Source: the human T2T-CHM13v2.0 reference genome, Homo sapiens. From it: DNA of 64,000 nt. Positions 18,210-37,401 of the stretch are shown one piece after another (the first letter of the stretch is position 1; the number at the start of each line of letters is the position of its first letter). Below the pieces are notes generated by a model. The model was given only the letters and a program-made list of their open reading frames with translations. It was not told the DNA's origin and made no database searches. Location of the stretch: the NCBI RefSeq assembly GCF_009914755.1, contig NC_060933.1; one strand, given 5' to 3'. The position numbers and the translations under genes are program-made.

Positions 18210-18980
18210 CAAAAATACAATATGTTGTTATTAACTATAGTGACCATGTTGTGCAGTAGATCTCTTCTTGAATATTTCCCCTCTCTTAAATGAAATTTTG
18301 AATCCTTTGATAAACATCCCCACTCCCCACCCCAAGTCCAGCTCCTGGTAACCACCAGTCTACTCTCTACTTCTATGAGTTTAGCTTTTTCAGATTCGAC
18401 ATAAAAGTGAAATCATATGGTCTTTCTGTGCCTGGCTTGTTTCATTTAACATAATGTCCTCCAGGTTCATCCACGTTGTCACAAATAACAAGATTTCATT
18501 ATTTTTTATGGCTGAATAGTATTTCATTGTGTATATATACTACTTTTTAAAATTCATTCATCCATTGATGGACACTTACATTGTTTCCACATCTTGGGCT
18601 AATATATAAATAAGATTTAATGTATATGGTGTTGCAGATATCTCTTCGACATACGGATTTCATTTCCTTTGGATATATACCCAGTAGTGGGATTGCTGGT
18701 TCATATGGTAGTTCATTTTTAATTTTTGAAGGAACCTCCATGCTATTTTCCATGATGCCTTTCCTTCAAGTCTTCTCCAACACTTGTTATATTTTGTCAT
18801 TTTATAATAACCATCCTAACACGTATGGGGTGATATCTCAAAGTGTTTTTAATTTGCCTTTCTCTAATGATTAGTAATATTGAGCATTTTTTATATGCCT
18901 GTTGGCCTGTATGTCTTCTTTTGAAAAATGTCTATTTGGATCATTTGTCCATTTCTTATTGAGTTATTTTTGGTTGTCTC
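18210..18980 (-). mobile_element. L1MA-type 3' end
   Basis: ttaactatagtgaccatgttgtgcagtagatct...cccagtagtgggattgctgg. Confidence 0.85.
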
Positions 18981-19328
18981 TTCACTCTGCTAGCACCTAT
19001 TTTGTATAAGACAATAATGCTCTTACATTTTCAAAATACACAGAAGATAAAAAACATATAGTAAGTATGATACTTGAATTGTAGTGAGACATTTAAAATT
19101 TTCCAGGAAACAATTACTGTGTTTTATGGTTATAAGGAAGAAACATGTACATCATTTTGGGGAAGAAAAAGAGAAATTATGGAGTGATAAGTTTAAATTG
19201 AGAAAATGTCAACAAATACAATATACGAGAGAGGCTCTAGGCATTTCATTTACAAAAATATTGTCCAGTTTTTGTATGTGTGATGTGTGCTTGTTCCCTC
19301 TTTCCATATCTATCTCTGTCTGTCTTTC

Positions 19329-19652
19329 TGCTATGGTTTGAATGTATCCTCCAAAAGTTCGTAGATTGGAAACTTAATCCCTCTTCCCTCATGAATAGAT
19401 TTATGTCAGTCCTGCCCTCATGAATGGATTAATGTCACTAGCATAGTAGTGGGTTCCTTATCATAAGCCCTTTTGCTCTTGCTCTCTCACTATGTGATGC
19501 CCCCTGCCATGTTGTTAGGCAGCAAGAAGGCCTTCTCCAGAGGCCAGCATCATGCTCTTGGCATTCCTAGGCCTCAGAGCTAAATACATTTATTTTCTTT
19601 ATAAATCACTCAGTCTGTGGTATTCTGTTATAGCAACAAAAATATTAAGACA
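19329..19652 (+). mobile_element. MST-type MaLR LTR
   Basis: tgctatggtttgaatgtatcc...tattctgttatagcaacaaaa...taagaca. Confidence 0.8.
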
Positions 19653-19705
19653 CTCTTCCTATTTCCCCTACTCTCCTTCCTCCAGCCTCTTTCTTACACA
19701 CAAAA

Positions 19706-20161
19706 TGTTACTGAAATACCAGGAGTTCAATCTAGGTTCTGTTACTTGCACACAGAAAGCCAATCACTGAGACAATGAATATTGCCAAGGAAGAAGGCTT
19801 TAATTGCATGCTACAGCTAAGGATATGGGATATCAGTCTCAATTCCATCTCCTCAACCAGCCGAAATTAGGGGATTATATAGCAAGGAAGAAATGTAACT
19901 ATGAGCAGGAAAACAGGAACTAGGGAGGGCTAAGGAAGCAATCATGACAAATAAGGAATCTGGCATCTGGCATCTCATTGTCTCGACACAGTGGTCTGAT
20001 GAATTTCACTTCTTTGATACTTTTTGAGAGAGCTGAGAGTCCATTTCCTGAGGAAGAAACTCAGAGAAAACAAATGTAAGTTTCAAGCTTCAAGACCAGA
20101 AGGATTTGTTTCTATGTTTATATTTTTAAAATCTGTCTGTGGATCTATTGGGTGCATTTCA
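19706..20161 (-). mobile_element. Solo ERV LTR (LTR47-like, from recall)
   Basis: TG...CA termini with aaaa flanks; gaaagccaatcactgagaca motif. Confidence 0.75.
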
Positions 20162-20523
20162 AAAACACATACAGAGGAAATCCCAGGCGCTGTGCTAGAA
20201 TTGGGAATACAATGGTGAGTTCAAAGAGGAATAATTTTCCTATTCTCATGAAGCTAATAGTATAGGATAGAGAAAGCAAACACTAATCAAAGAACCACAC
20301 AAGCATAAGATTGCAACTACAACTAAAAACCATAACCATTCAGTTAAGCTAAGGAGGCCACCATTGTCACCCTTCTCTTAACCTTTAATAATGTATTTTA
20401 CAGGTAAAATCCTTAAGTAAGTCATATTTGGTTGGGAAGATCAAAGAAATCACCCAGTCTCCCACATCCGAAATTGTGCAGTCCGGACTGTCAGGAACAA
20501 AAGTGAAAGAGAGACGTCATCAA

Positions 20524-21485
<962 letters not shown>

Positions 21486-21578
21486 TGGTCTTAAAAGATA
21501 TATATATACACACACATAATTTAATATGTATTTTATATATATATCTCTCTCTCTCTCGACAATGGAGTGAAATGTACT

Positions 21579-21872
21579 CTTTTTTTTTTTTTTGAGACGG
21601 AGTCTCGCTCTGTTGCCCAGGCTGGAGTGCAGTGGCGTGATCTCAGCTCACTGCAAGCTCCCAGGTTCACGCCATTCTCCTGCCTCAGCCTCCTGAGTAA
21701 CTGGGACTACAGGCGCCCACCATCACGCCCAGCTAATTTTGTTTTTGTATTTTTAGTAGAGATGGGGTTTCACCATGTTAGCCAGGATGGTCTTGATCTC
21801 CTGACCTCGTGATCGCCTGCCTCAGCTTCCCAAAGTGCTGGGATTACAGGTGTGAGCCACCACTCCCGGCCT
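21579..21872 (-). mobile_element. AluY/Sc
   Basis: Antisense Alu. Confidence 0.95.
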
Positions 21873-22788
21873 GTGAAGTGTATTCTTATGGTTAAATTGT
21901 CACTTAGCAAACATCCAGAATGCTAAATATCCATATTATTTCTCTTGTTTTGCCTTTCTCTCACTTTTTCTACAAGCACCATTTTGAAGAAAGCCTCATC
22001 AACTTTATTAATTATATTTGTGATCATTTGAAGACACAGAAAATTTTCTTCTGCAAAATATAAAGTCTTCTTTCATCTGCTCTCGTGATCCTTTTATTCT
22101 TCTGCCAAGTGATGTACATTAATTGATCAACTGAGTTATGCATGCATTTACTTTTTCACAGATCTTTGTTATGCCTCTACTAGTTCTATGCTAGGGATAT
22201 GGTATGACATTGAACAGGATCAATATGGTCCCTGCTTTCACAGAGCCCACACCTAATGTGTGGATAGTCAGAACACAGTTACACAAACACAAGTGGGAAA
22301 TAATTATAACATCTGATAGATCTGAAGTCAGTAGAAAAGGTATTGAAATGGAGAAATAGAAAGGGGCCTCGCTTTGATAATGAAATCAGAGACAGTTTCC
22401 CTGCAACTTCCTTAGAGGGCAAAAGCCATGTCCTTTCCTTCTCCTACCCCACCACTGACCCCAATAAAATACCGAACACAGAATTTTCACTCAATAAATT
22501 ACCTTAAAATGGATTTCAAAATATTTATAAAGCACATTTGTGTCCATTAAAGTATGAAAGGACATGTATTTGGAGCATAAAACCCAGCACAGGATGGAAA
22601 CATCACATAAATGAGGATCAAGAATCTAATTATGTAATGGGAAAATTTAAAAGAAATGTCAAGCTGGATAGAGTGTATTCTAAGAAAATGAATACATGTA
22701 TAATAGCTAAATATTTGGCATTTGAGTTTGGGATGAAAAAATAGATGTAAAAGAAACAGTTTCCTTAATTAAGAATTTAATTTTGTGG

Positions 22789-23267
<479 letters not shown>

Positions 23268-24542
23268 TCATAGCCTGTCTCTCATCCATCTGCCTGAATT
23301 CCTGCAGAACACAGTTGGACCAGCAGCTCATATTTAATCCTCTCATATGATATTAACACCACTGGTCTCCATTTTTGATTTACATCTTAAAGCCTCCAGG
23401 CTGTAATTGTTTTACCACTGTATTTCATTATTTAACATTCACTACTTTTATGGAAAAAAATGTGTTTACTCCTGTATCTCATCTTAATGTTTCACTAACT
23501 GCTAAACTTACATTTTTTATTCATTTGCATTGTTTCGAGAATCTAGATTGTATTTGTCTTTGGAAACAGTCACAGCCACTTCCAGAGGTCATTTCCCATA
23601 GACCCCAAACTTCTCTTCTCCCAGCCTTGGAGGTGCTGGGTTCTAGAAGGAGGAGGCAGTGAGTCCAGAAGCCCAGCCATATCAGGATGACATCTACCAT
23701 GCATCAGTCCTCGTGTGTCTTCAGCACCTCTTTCACATGTCTGTGTCCTTAGAGCTTGCTGGAACCATCTTTGCTTGTCTCTGTGTATTCTGAGTCTGTG
23801 ACTATTTCGCTCTAGGAGTCTTCTCAACAAAGTACAATTTCTGTTGTCTTTTTCCAAAAGACTTTATGAATAAAATGAAAATATGAGTAATATAAAATCA
23901 AAATATATTTTGATTTCTCATTTCAAAATTATCTACCTCTGTAGTTTAATAGAACTCAATTATTGGCCCCAGAAGATAATTTTTTTCCCTAAAGTATTTT
24001 CTAAATAATAACCAGTAGTTGACCTACGTCCTTTATATATATCACATAGAAGATCTCCACAGTACATTCTTCAAATTCAGCTCAGATAATCCATGGAATG
24101 CTCAAGTTCCCTGTAACAAATTGAGCTCCTATATCTCTGTGGACTTATAATTGACTAATAAAAGTAAGACTTGTTTGCTAATGATAAAGATAATTTGTAA
24201 AAAATAAATCATTTTAGTTTGACCATGAGACGCACACATCCATTATCATTAAATGTGAAAATCTAGAATATATCCAGTTAATGGTCAAGTATCAACTTTA
24301 TGTCCCACACTTGCCATGTAGAAGCTAAGCTTTTAAAATGCAGAATTATTTTCTACTTTTCTGTTATATGCATATATTATAAATGACAAGTATTTTAAAT
24401 ACTGGATTTTTTAAAAAATTGCTTTATTTTCTTCTGTTTTGACAAAAGTTGGCTTTCAAGTTTAATTAAGTTAAAAAAAAACGAACAACAAAAGTGTATT
24501 CCAATGGGAGACAGATAAAGCATCTTTCTTATCTAAAATACA

Positions 24543-24838
<296 letters not shown>

Positions 24839-24989
24839 ATATATTTATATATGGTATATGAATTTGATACATTTTGCATTATTTCAGGACTAATGTAATG
24901 CTACAGAAAAGGAATGACTCTAAACTCACTTAATTTCTCCTGACTATAAATAACCCTTGACCACTTTCAACTTTCCCACTGATAACTCT

Positions 24990-25140
24990 ATAACATAGGG
25001 CAAGTTACTTGACCTCACTGAGCCTATTTTGCCATCTATAAATCAGCTAATAGGACCTAACTTATAGGTTTGCTGAGAGGTATAAGTAAGACAATAGAGT
25101 CTAGCATATGGTGGGGCTCAACAAATATTAGTACATTACT
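24990..25140 (+). mobile_element. MIR fragment
   Basis: gggcaagttacttgacctcactgagcct...catctataaa. Confidence 0.7.
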
Positions 25141-25317
25141 TACACTTTTTTTTTCACCCTGCTATGCCTTTCAGTTTATTTCTACTAAGCTCTAAGTTAT
25201 TAAAATACAGGCTGAAGTATTATTAATTTCCCTCTGTGTTCTCCCCAGTTCCTATCACAGTGCCAGGGACACACAGGCCCCATAATCCTTCATGATCAAT
25301 TGAACTGACAGTGAACT

Positions 25318-25682
25318 ATGTCTTCGTCCATTTGGGATGCTACAACAAAATACCATAGACCGGGTGACTTATAAACCACAGAAATGTGTTTCTTATCGTT
25401 CTGGAGGCTGGGAAGTCCAAGATCACGGCATTGGCAGATTCAGTGTCTGGTGAAGGCCTGCTTTCTGGTTCATAGATGGGTGCTTTCTTGCTGTGTCCTC
25501 ATGTGGTGATAGGGGCAAGCCAGTGCTCCTAGTCTCTTTGATAAGAGCACTAATCCCATTTCCGAGGGCCCATCGTGACTGAATCACTTCTCAGCAATTC
25601 TCCCTTCTAATCTCATCACTTTGGGGGCTAGGATTTCAACATATGAATTTGTGTGGGGGGCACAAACATTGAATCCATTGCA
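25318..25682 (-). mobile_element. MLT1 LTR
   Basis: gctacaacaaaataccatagaccgggtg...gatttcaacatatgaattt. Confidence 0.85.
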
Positions 25683-26309
25683 ATGAACATCAAAGGATGG
25701 TACAGTGGTTAGTGTTTATGTATCATGGCCTACCTAATAATTTTATGTCTTGGTTGCTGAAAATAAAACAAATAAAAGCTTTCATTTACATGCTTTTTTA
25801 GCACACCTTTTCTGGAAAAAATTCTCTACTTTAGTGCTGGTTTGTGTAGCTCATAATACATCTATGGCCATTAAAATCCAATAGAACTCCAGAGTGAGGA
25901 AGCACATTGCTGTCTTTCTCTATGGTGTTTTCCAGGCAGGGTCAGATTGCCAGGATATCATCAGACATTTTTTGGTAGACAGTGAGGGGAGGGGGTGGAG
26001 AGGGTGCAGTTTATTATACGTAAATTATACCTCAATAAAGCTGGTACTTCTTTTAAAATTTGCCATAATTCTTTATATTATAAAGATATAAAGAAATTTT
26101 TGCACTGTCTCTCAAGTTTGTCCAGAGGATAAAATCAGAGGCATATAACAATATAAAATATTATTCAAAGATCAAACATTTATCCAAACTTTAATACTAG
26201 AGAAAGATGGGCAGGTATAAGCATGAGCAATGGGAAAATGAGAAAGAGCAGGAGAAGGAAATGTTACTGAAGCAAAGTCAGAGATTGCCTGCTTAAAAAA
26301 GTTTTAAAA

Positions 26310-27161
26310 GCTAATTTACGGAGATGGCTTCTTTCCTTAAACCTCACGAACCAACCTCTACTATCTTCCAACTTTTCTTCTTCAGCTTCCTCACCTCTCT
26401 CAGCCTTCATAGAACTGAAGAGAGTTAGGGCCTTCCTCTGGATTAGGCTTTGGTTTAAGGGAATGTTGTGGCTGGTTTGATTTTCTGTCCAGAGCACTCA
26501 AACTTTCTCCATATCAGCAATAAGGCTGTTTCACTTTCTCATCACTTGTGTGTTTACTGGAGTAGCACTTTTAATTTCCTCCAGGAACATTCTCTTTGCA
26601 TGCACAGCTTGGCCAACTGTTTGGTGAAAGAGGCCTAGCTTCCCGTCTATCTTGGTTTCCAGGATGCCTTCCTCACTCAGCTCAATCATTTCTAGCTTTT
26701 GACTTAAAGTGAGAAATACGTGATTCGTCCTTTCATTTGAACACTTAGAGGCGATTGTAGGATTATTAACTGGCCTAATTTCAATACTGTTCTGTTTCAG
26801 GGAATACAGAGGCCTGAAGAGAGGAAAAAAGAGATGGGGGATGGTCGGTGGAGCAGTCAGAATACACACATTTACTGGCAAGTTTGTCATCTTATATTGG
26901 CACAGTTGTGGCACCCCAAAACAATTACAATAGTAACATCAAAGATTACTGATCACAGATCACATAACAGACATAATAATACAAATTTAAAATATTGCAA
27001 GAGTTACCAGATGTGATACAGTGACACAAAGTGAGCACATGCTATTGGAGAAAATGGTGCTGATAGACTTGCTCAATGTAGGGTTGCCACATGCCTTCAA
27101 TTTATAAAAAATGCAGTATCTGAGAAGTGCAGTAAAGCAAAGCACAATAAAATCAGGTATG
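26310..27161 (-). mobile_element. Tigger1 DNA transposon, 5' part
   Basis: Transposase remnants LTLSQKLEMIELSEEG...[28 protein letters not shown]...[14 protein letters not shown]. Confidence 0.92.
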
Positions 27162-27162
27162 A

Positions 27163-28025
<863 letters not shown>

Positions 28026-30069
28026 ATAACCTCTTGCACTTTTCTCAGACTTGTAAGTGTGACACTGGGATGACCAGTTCATGGGGAGAATTTTATATTC
28101 TTTACAGGTGAATTGGCTACAACCACAGGCAATTTCAATTTCTTTCCAAATTTCTTCAGGGGAATATCTGAGGAAAAATAAAGTGCTTTTGAAATATAAA
28201 CACTTTCTAGGAATAAAGGAATGTTGCTTATGCATGATTTTACCAATGGTCTCATGAAAATTGTGTGGAGGACTGTGGCTATAAACACAATGGTTTGAAT
28301 TTTATGTAAATTCATAGCTTTTTATTGTTATTTTTAAATACAGAAAAGTTCTGAAGATAGTAATTTTATTTGCCAGTTTTTTGGAAACTTTATATCTGAG
28401 GAAGATCTGCTGGAAGATGTCATTTGGGGTAATGCAAAATATTTCTGGAAGACACAAGTAAAATGGGCCCTCATTGACCAAGTAGTTTGTATAGATGTAG
28501 TGATTAAACTATTAAGTAGAGGGGAGGTTGCAAAAATATTTGACAAAATGAAATGTGTGCCTGCAGTGCAAAACCACTGATCCTGCTCACAAACAGGCAT
28601 AGTGAGAAAGATTTCTATATGCCTGGTAGAACAACCTCTGTGGGCCATCTTAAGCACTGGTGATTAACACTTTTATGCATTCTATTACATCTGAATTTCA
28701 CCACTTGACATGATACTTAAGCTGAATTAAAATGCCTTAATACTCTTGCCTTAATATTCTTCCAAGGTTTAGCACCTGGTCCTTTTAATAAAAAAAAAAA
28801 AATAGGTTATGGTTACCTTTTTTTGAAAAGGTATTCAAATATGTCAACTTTATTGTTTCTAGATATACACCCCTTTGTACTGAAAATTGTAAAAATAGCA
28901 TGAAGTTTCCTCTTATTGCAATCCAAATTTTTGAAAGCCAGAAAATCTAATTATTATGCTCTAGACAACTTACCTAATGCTTTGTTTATCCACAAGTAAC
29001 TTTGCTTCAATTTCTTGATGTTGGGTTTCATCTCACTGACTTTGGGCTTCTAAATGGGAATATTTACGTCCTCTTCGCTTCTTTGGGTCAAATCAAACAG
29101 TAGAGCTAAAGTTATTCAAATACATTCAAACTACACAGACCCCTTATAAATTACTAGTACTATGGTAGGAAGGAAAATATATAAGAAGAAAAATACATCC
29201 TGGAACTCATTATCAAAATTATTGGTGTATAGTCTATACTAGCATAGAGTAGCTTTCTCAACCTGCTATGTAAAATTGCCAGCAAGAAAAAAAAGTGCAA
29301 GAATAAGGTCTATGACTGAAGTGGCTCGGTGTCATGATTCCCTATTCTAGCATTCTCAGAAGGATCCCATCCGTTAGACCTGCAGAAACTGCAGCCCATC
29401 CAAATGTGATCTGTTTAATCAATAATCAACAGTTCATATTGAAGACAGTATTTTTGCTATATGTGCTTGTCATAATGAAGGACGGTGTACAAAGAACAAG
29501 TTGAACCAGACGAACACTTTAATTTTGATGCCAAAATCAATCACTTTTTGTCATAACACCAGGCATAGATAATGGTTGATCCAGTGCACACTGTCTGTAT
29601 TGCCCCATAATTTCCTGCAGCAGACATGTTATAATTTGACATACTCCTTGATCATTAACACATTGCAGTAGTCAGATATACTTGTCAAGATTAAGCTAAA
29701 TGTCAGTAGAAGACTCAGTGAAGGCTTGAAAATCTTGCAGCTTGCTCTCAGAGACACTGCCAACTGAAATGATAAATGTCATTGGGCTGTGGTACTATTC
29801 TCATCGACGTATCAATAAATAAAGGGATGCTGGCGAAAAAATGTTCTTCCAGATACCTGCCCACTCTGAACCTAGAGTTCTTTTCATCACTGTGAAAGAC
29901 AGCTCCCTACACACCGCAGCCATTTCCTGGGAGGACTCTGAGCTGTGATTTTAATAACAGAATGCACTCATCTGCCATTTTTCTTCCAGAATTGCTTGTG
30001 AATATCCTGCATGCTATCCAAGTCTCTCCACCCTTGTAGTCTTTGTATAAATGGGTTCATTTTGTTCCT

Positions 30070-30362
30070 TTTAATTTTTTGAGACAGAGTCTCACTCTGT
30101 GGCCCAGGCTGGTGTGCACTGGCGCTATCTGGGCTCACTGCAACCTCCGCCTCCCAGGTTCAAGCTCTTCTCCTGCCTCAGCTTCCTGAGTAGCTGGGAT
30201 TACAGGCGCGCACCAACACGCCTGGCTAATTTTTATATTTTCAGTAGAGACGGGGTTTTGCCATGTTGGCCAGGCTGGTCTTGAGCTCCTGGCCTCAAGC
30301 GATCCACTCGCCTCGGCCTCCCAAACTGCTGGGATTACAGGCTTGAGCCACTGCGCCCGGCC
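30070..30362 (-). mobile_element. AluS
   Basis: Antisense Alu. Confidence 0.95.
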
Positions 30363-30562
30363 CCTTTGTTCTTATTTGTTGTTATTGCAGTGGGATTCTA
30401 GGAGGTGCTGGGAGTGGAGAAGTTAATCAACATATTTAGCTAGCTTGAATAGACATCCCAGTATTGATAGAGTTGCAATCTTAAAAAAAGAAAGAAAGAA
30501 AGGGAAAAAAAAGCCCAACAGTCATGGGATGAAAAAGTATTTGGGCGAGGATGAAAGAGTCA

Positions 30563-30964
<402 letters not shown>

Positions 30965-31226
30965 TTATAATATTGAAATTTTATTGAATATTGAAATACA
31001 TTTTATTGAAGTTGAGAGTTGTATCTTCTTTTACCATGACCGCCAACATGTATGTGCAATAAAAGCTATAAGAATATTTGCATTTGACCCCTAAAATAAG
31101 GAACTTGGATTTAATAATTTGGCAGTTGCTTTGTTTCATTTAAATTTGAATATTTTTCTGTTTTATTTTAATAGATTGTTCCTATTGCATTATTCAAAGG
31201 TGTTAAAAAAAACTCTATGTGGTTGA

Positions 31227-31728
<502 letters not shown>

Positions 31729-32893
31729 TTTTGCCCACTTTTAAGTTGGATTATTTGTTTTCTTATTGTAGAGTTTCAAGTATTCTCTGTATATTTTGAA
31801 TACTAGCCCTTTATCAGATATGTTCTCCCTCCCTGTGACTTGTTTTCTAATTCTTTTAACAGTGTCACCCATGCAGTAGAAGTTTTTTTATTTTTTTAAT
31901 TATAATAAAGTCCCACTTAGCAAGTTTTTCTTCTATAGGTCACACTATAGGGTTGTATTTAAAAACTCATAGTCAAACCCAAGGTCACCTGTATTTTCTC
32001 CTGCTATCTTTTAGAAGTTTTATAGTTTTGCCTTTAAATTTAAGTCTATGATCCATTTTGAGTTAATTTTTGTGAGAAGTGTAAGGTCAGTATCTAGATT
32101 CATTTTTTTACATGTGGTTGTCCAGTAGTTTTAACACCATTTGTTAAGAAGCATATCTTTTTCCCATTGAATTACCTTTGCTTATTTGTCAAAGATCTAT
32201 TGACTATATTTGTGAGGGTCTCTATCTGTACTCTGTGTTCTATTCCATTGATCTATTTGTCTATTCTTTACCAATACCACACTCTCTTGATTACTGTAAG
32301 TTTACAGTAAGTCTTGAAGTCAGTAAGCATTAGTTCTCTAATTTTGTTCTTCTTTAATATTATGTTGGCTTTTCTGCATCTCGTGACTTTCTATAGATTT
32401 GGAGTCAGCTAGTCAATATCTACAAAGTAGCTTGCTTGGATTTTGATAAGTACTGCATTGATCCCAATACTGATCTGTAGATCAAGTTGAAAGAACTGAT
32501 ATCTTAACAATATTGAATTTTCTTATTCATTAACATGCAGTAAGTTGATTTTTTAGATCTTCTGTGGTTTCGTTCATCAGATTTTCATAGTTTTCCTCAG
32601 ATAGATACTACACATATTTTGTTAGACTTATACCTAAGTATTTCATTTTTGGTGCTAATGTAAATGGCACTGTGTTTTTAATTTTAAATTTCAACTGTTC
32701 ATTGATGGCATATAGAAAAAGAAATGACTTTTTTAAATTAACTTTGTATCCTTCATCCTTGCTGTAATCACTTATAAAAGATTATATACATAGAATTCAT
32801 TCTAGGAGTTTTTTGTTTATTCTTTGTGATTTTCTACATAGGCACTCATGGCATATATGAACAAAGACAGTTTTATCACTTCCTTTCTTCTTC

Positions 32894-33187
<294 letters not shown>

Positions 33188-33426
33188 TATCACTTCCTTT
33201 CTTATCTGTATACCTTTTATTTCTTTTTTCTGTCTTATTGCATTAGTTAGGACTTTCCACACAAAGTTAAATAAGAGTGATAAGAGGAGACATCCTTGTT
33301 TTGTTCCTGTTCTTAGTGGGAAAGTATCTCACTTTTCAGGCTTGAGTATCATGTTAAGTGGAGGGGTTTTTTAGATTTAAAAAATCAATTTGAAGAAGTT
33401 TCTCTCTATTGCTAGTTTGCTGAAAG

Positions 33427-33756
33427 TTTTTGTTTTGTCTGTTTGTTTGTTTTGTTTTTTGAGGCAGAGTCTCACACTGTCCCCCAGGCTGGAGTGCAGT
33501 GGTGTGATCTCGGCTCACTGCAACCTCCGCTTCCTGGGTTCAAGCGATTCTCCTGTCTCAGCTTCTTGAGTAGCTGGGATATAGGTGCGCGCTATCATGC
33601 CCAGCTAATTTTTTTTTTTTTTTTTTTTTTGTATTTTTAGTAGAGATGAGGTTTCACTGTGTTAGCCAGGATGGTCTCGATTTCCTAACCTCGTGATCTG
33701 CCTGCGTTGGCCTCCCAAAGTGCTGGGATTACAGGCATGAGCCACCACACCCAGCC
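33427..33756 (-). mobile_element. AluS
   Basis: Antisense Alu; TSD tgctgaaagttttt. Confidence 0.95.
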
Positions 33757-34639
33757 TGCTGAAAGTTTTTATCATGAATGATTGTTAGATATTGTCAAAT
33801 TCTTTTTATGCATCTATTGATAAGATTACATGATTTTTCTTCTTTAACCCATTGGTATAATGGACTGATCTTCGACTGTTGAACTAGGCTTGCATTCCGG
33901 AGTACATCCCACTTTGTTATGGTATATAATACTTTCCTTGTTTCTTTTTTAAACTATTGTATTTATTGTTTTTAACACTTTTTCACAACTTCAATGACAA
34001 TCAAATAAGCCACCTCCTGTGTTGTGTTTCTCTGTGCTGCTTGAAGCTGCCTGTGCTTACTTTTGGTTCTACATAGCTTCTCCCCTTAGAATGATATACA
34101 TAGTACAGCATTCAACATATGCTAACTCTTAGTGTTGTTATTATCTGAAGACCCTCAAGGACTGCTCATGGTGCTGATGTGGTTGGAGGGGACATGACTT
34201 GAACCATGTCTTGTAACTTTGCATGAATTATTTACACATGCTTGAGACAAGGTTAGTTTTCTGCATCAAAGAATGAGCAGGGAGATGATAAAGAGGTAGC
34301 TAGCTCCATCCTGTTCCAGCTATGGTCATTGCTGACGTGCACTTTGCATATACACGCTCATCCAAGTTGCATACTGCACTCAATCAGACTCAGGTGTGAA
34401 AGAAAGGTAGGAAAGAGGGACATGGGCCCACTTTCAGCTCTGGTTTATTCAGCTGTTATCACTGCTCTGTATGAGGACTGAAATGAAATCCTCAGCTAAT
34501 ACTGAACTGGAAGGAGCAGCCTGTGTGTGGTGAAGAGATAAAACCTAAAACAATCTTAACAGAAACAAAGCACTTTTCCAAACTAAGAAGAGGGCGATAA
34601 ATGTAGTTTGACACTTTAGTTTAAAAATACACAAATTTA

Positions 34640-34947
34640 GGCTGGGCGTGGTGGCTCACACCTGTAATCTCAGCACTTTGGGAGGCCGAAGTGGGAAGAT
34701 CATGAGGTCAGCAGTTCGAGACCAGCCTGCCTGGCCAATATGGTGAAACTCTGTCTCTACTAAAAATACAAAAATTAGCTGGGTGTGGTGGTGTGCACCT
34801 GTGCTCCCAGCTACTCGGGAGGCTGAGGGAGAAGATTCGCTTGAACCCAGGAGGCGGGGCTGCAGTGAGCCGAATCGTGCCACTGCACTCCAGCCTGGGT
34901 GACAGAGTGAGACTCCATCTCAAAAAACAAACAAACAAACAAAAAAA
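34640..34947 (+). mobile_element. AluS
   Basis: Alu; TSD acacaaat. Confidence 0.95.
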
Positions 34948-36735
34948 CACAAATATTAGAATAACGCCTGTGAAACAAAAGTGACCTGAGTTTATGTCCC
35001 TGTGGCCTTGACAAAAGCCTGTGGTATAATGAGGTCACCTCATATCTTAGTGAGTTTGAAGGGAGTGAGGTCTCTCCTGCCCCCAGCTTTTAGACCACAC
35101 TGAAGAGCTTGAGCCCAGTTCCAGCCATTGGATATTCAGTAAGATGTCAATAAATCAGAGTTTGTCAAGAGAAGGAGGGTGAAGGGCCTTCTACCCTGAC
35201 ATGCCAGGTCTCAGACAGAGAGGAAGGCATTAGTTGCAGGAGAGAGAAAACTCAGGCATGAGCAGGATGGTCAACTTTAAATTCTACAGCTCCCTCCCAT
35301 GGAGGAGACATTAGACTCACACTAAGAAGATAGGTCTGTAATTGGTGGATGGGGCTGCAGGAAGCTGTACCACAGACAAAAAGAAGAACTCAGGAATGAG
35401 GATTCTCAAAAATGAATGTGTTTTCTTTCAAAGAATGTATGAGAGTGTATTCATACAGTGATTCTCTGTTATCTATAGAAGTCTAAATTCCATAAGAAGT
35501 TCAGAAGGTCCTTTGTTCCTCACTTCCTGCCTGTAAGCCAGTTTCATCTCCCGGACACACTCTGCCACCCTGTGTGCCCTGAGTCATAGCCCCTCTGCAC
35601 TAACTATGCTTCTCCCAAAATCAGCATACTCCTTTCACCTTCCTGCCTCTGCCCACGACTTCCTCTTGGTCTGGAATGCCCCCAACAGTTCAGCTCTTAA
35701 AGCTCATATACCCTCAGGCCATAGTTGAAAATATGTATATCCTTGTTTATTCTCAACAGTTCCAATAAAAATCCACCTCCCCTTTGAAGTCTTCACGACT
35801 GCTATACTTTAACCTCCAAAGCAAAGTTAGATACCCCATGATCTGTGCTCCCATGACACCCATCCACTTCGATTATGGCATGTTCCACATTCTAATTATT
35901 TGCTTACTGTCTCCTCTAGTTGACTTTGAGCAGACACCTTGTCTTATTCATGTCTGCATCTGAAGAGTTTTCACACAGGGCTCACACCACAATGGGTGAA
36001 TGAGCACTCAGAGAGGAATCTGTACCCACGTGAAGGCATGCACCCTTCAGCACTAAGCTTCTGTGATCTCATAACATCTTGCCTTAATATTCTTCCAAGG
36101 TTTAGCACCTGATCCTTTTAAACACATTTGTTAATAAACAATAAATAGGCTATGGTTAACTTTTAAATAACTAGTTAATCTTTATTATGAAATAAGAATT
36201 TTGGAAGAGGCGAAGTGATCTATATACATGGGACGGAGGAAAGTGAATATCAATGGCCTATGACGCATCATTAAGTTTCTTTTCTATTTCATAGAATTTT
36301 CTACTCACATTACTGTCTTATTCAGTGTTCTTTTGTTTGGTGTTGAACCAGCGCAAAATCTCTGAGGTTAAAATGGAATTATTCTAAAGGCTGGAAGCCT
36401 GGTAGCTTCAAGAGCTAGAACCAAAGTCTGGAAAGAGCTCCAGGAACAGCTCCAGCTACCCTAAGTAAATCTCTCCCAGGCGCTCTGATCGCTTTTCACA
36501 ACTTCTCTCTCCACATCACTTCAGCTTTTCTTTCCACAGATTGACTATGTCTGCTTTTCTAAGCTGCTGGTTAAATATGGAAGCACCAACGATCCCAAAC
36601 TTAAATATTCTAAGTTGAAATGACCCATAGGGAAAGACCAGTATCTCTCAATCCCAATTCCCACATTTTAAAGAGAAAATGTGGTTGGGTCAGTTGTTCT
36701 ACCTTTAAATAAATAGGGTCAGGTATGGGACATGA

Positions 36736-37401
<666 letters not shown>

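Noticed and set aside
28079-28657. Possible vomeronasal V2R or USP12 pseudogene (families known in these chr9 duplicons)
   Set aside because: No convincing motif match in any frame.
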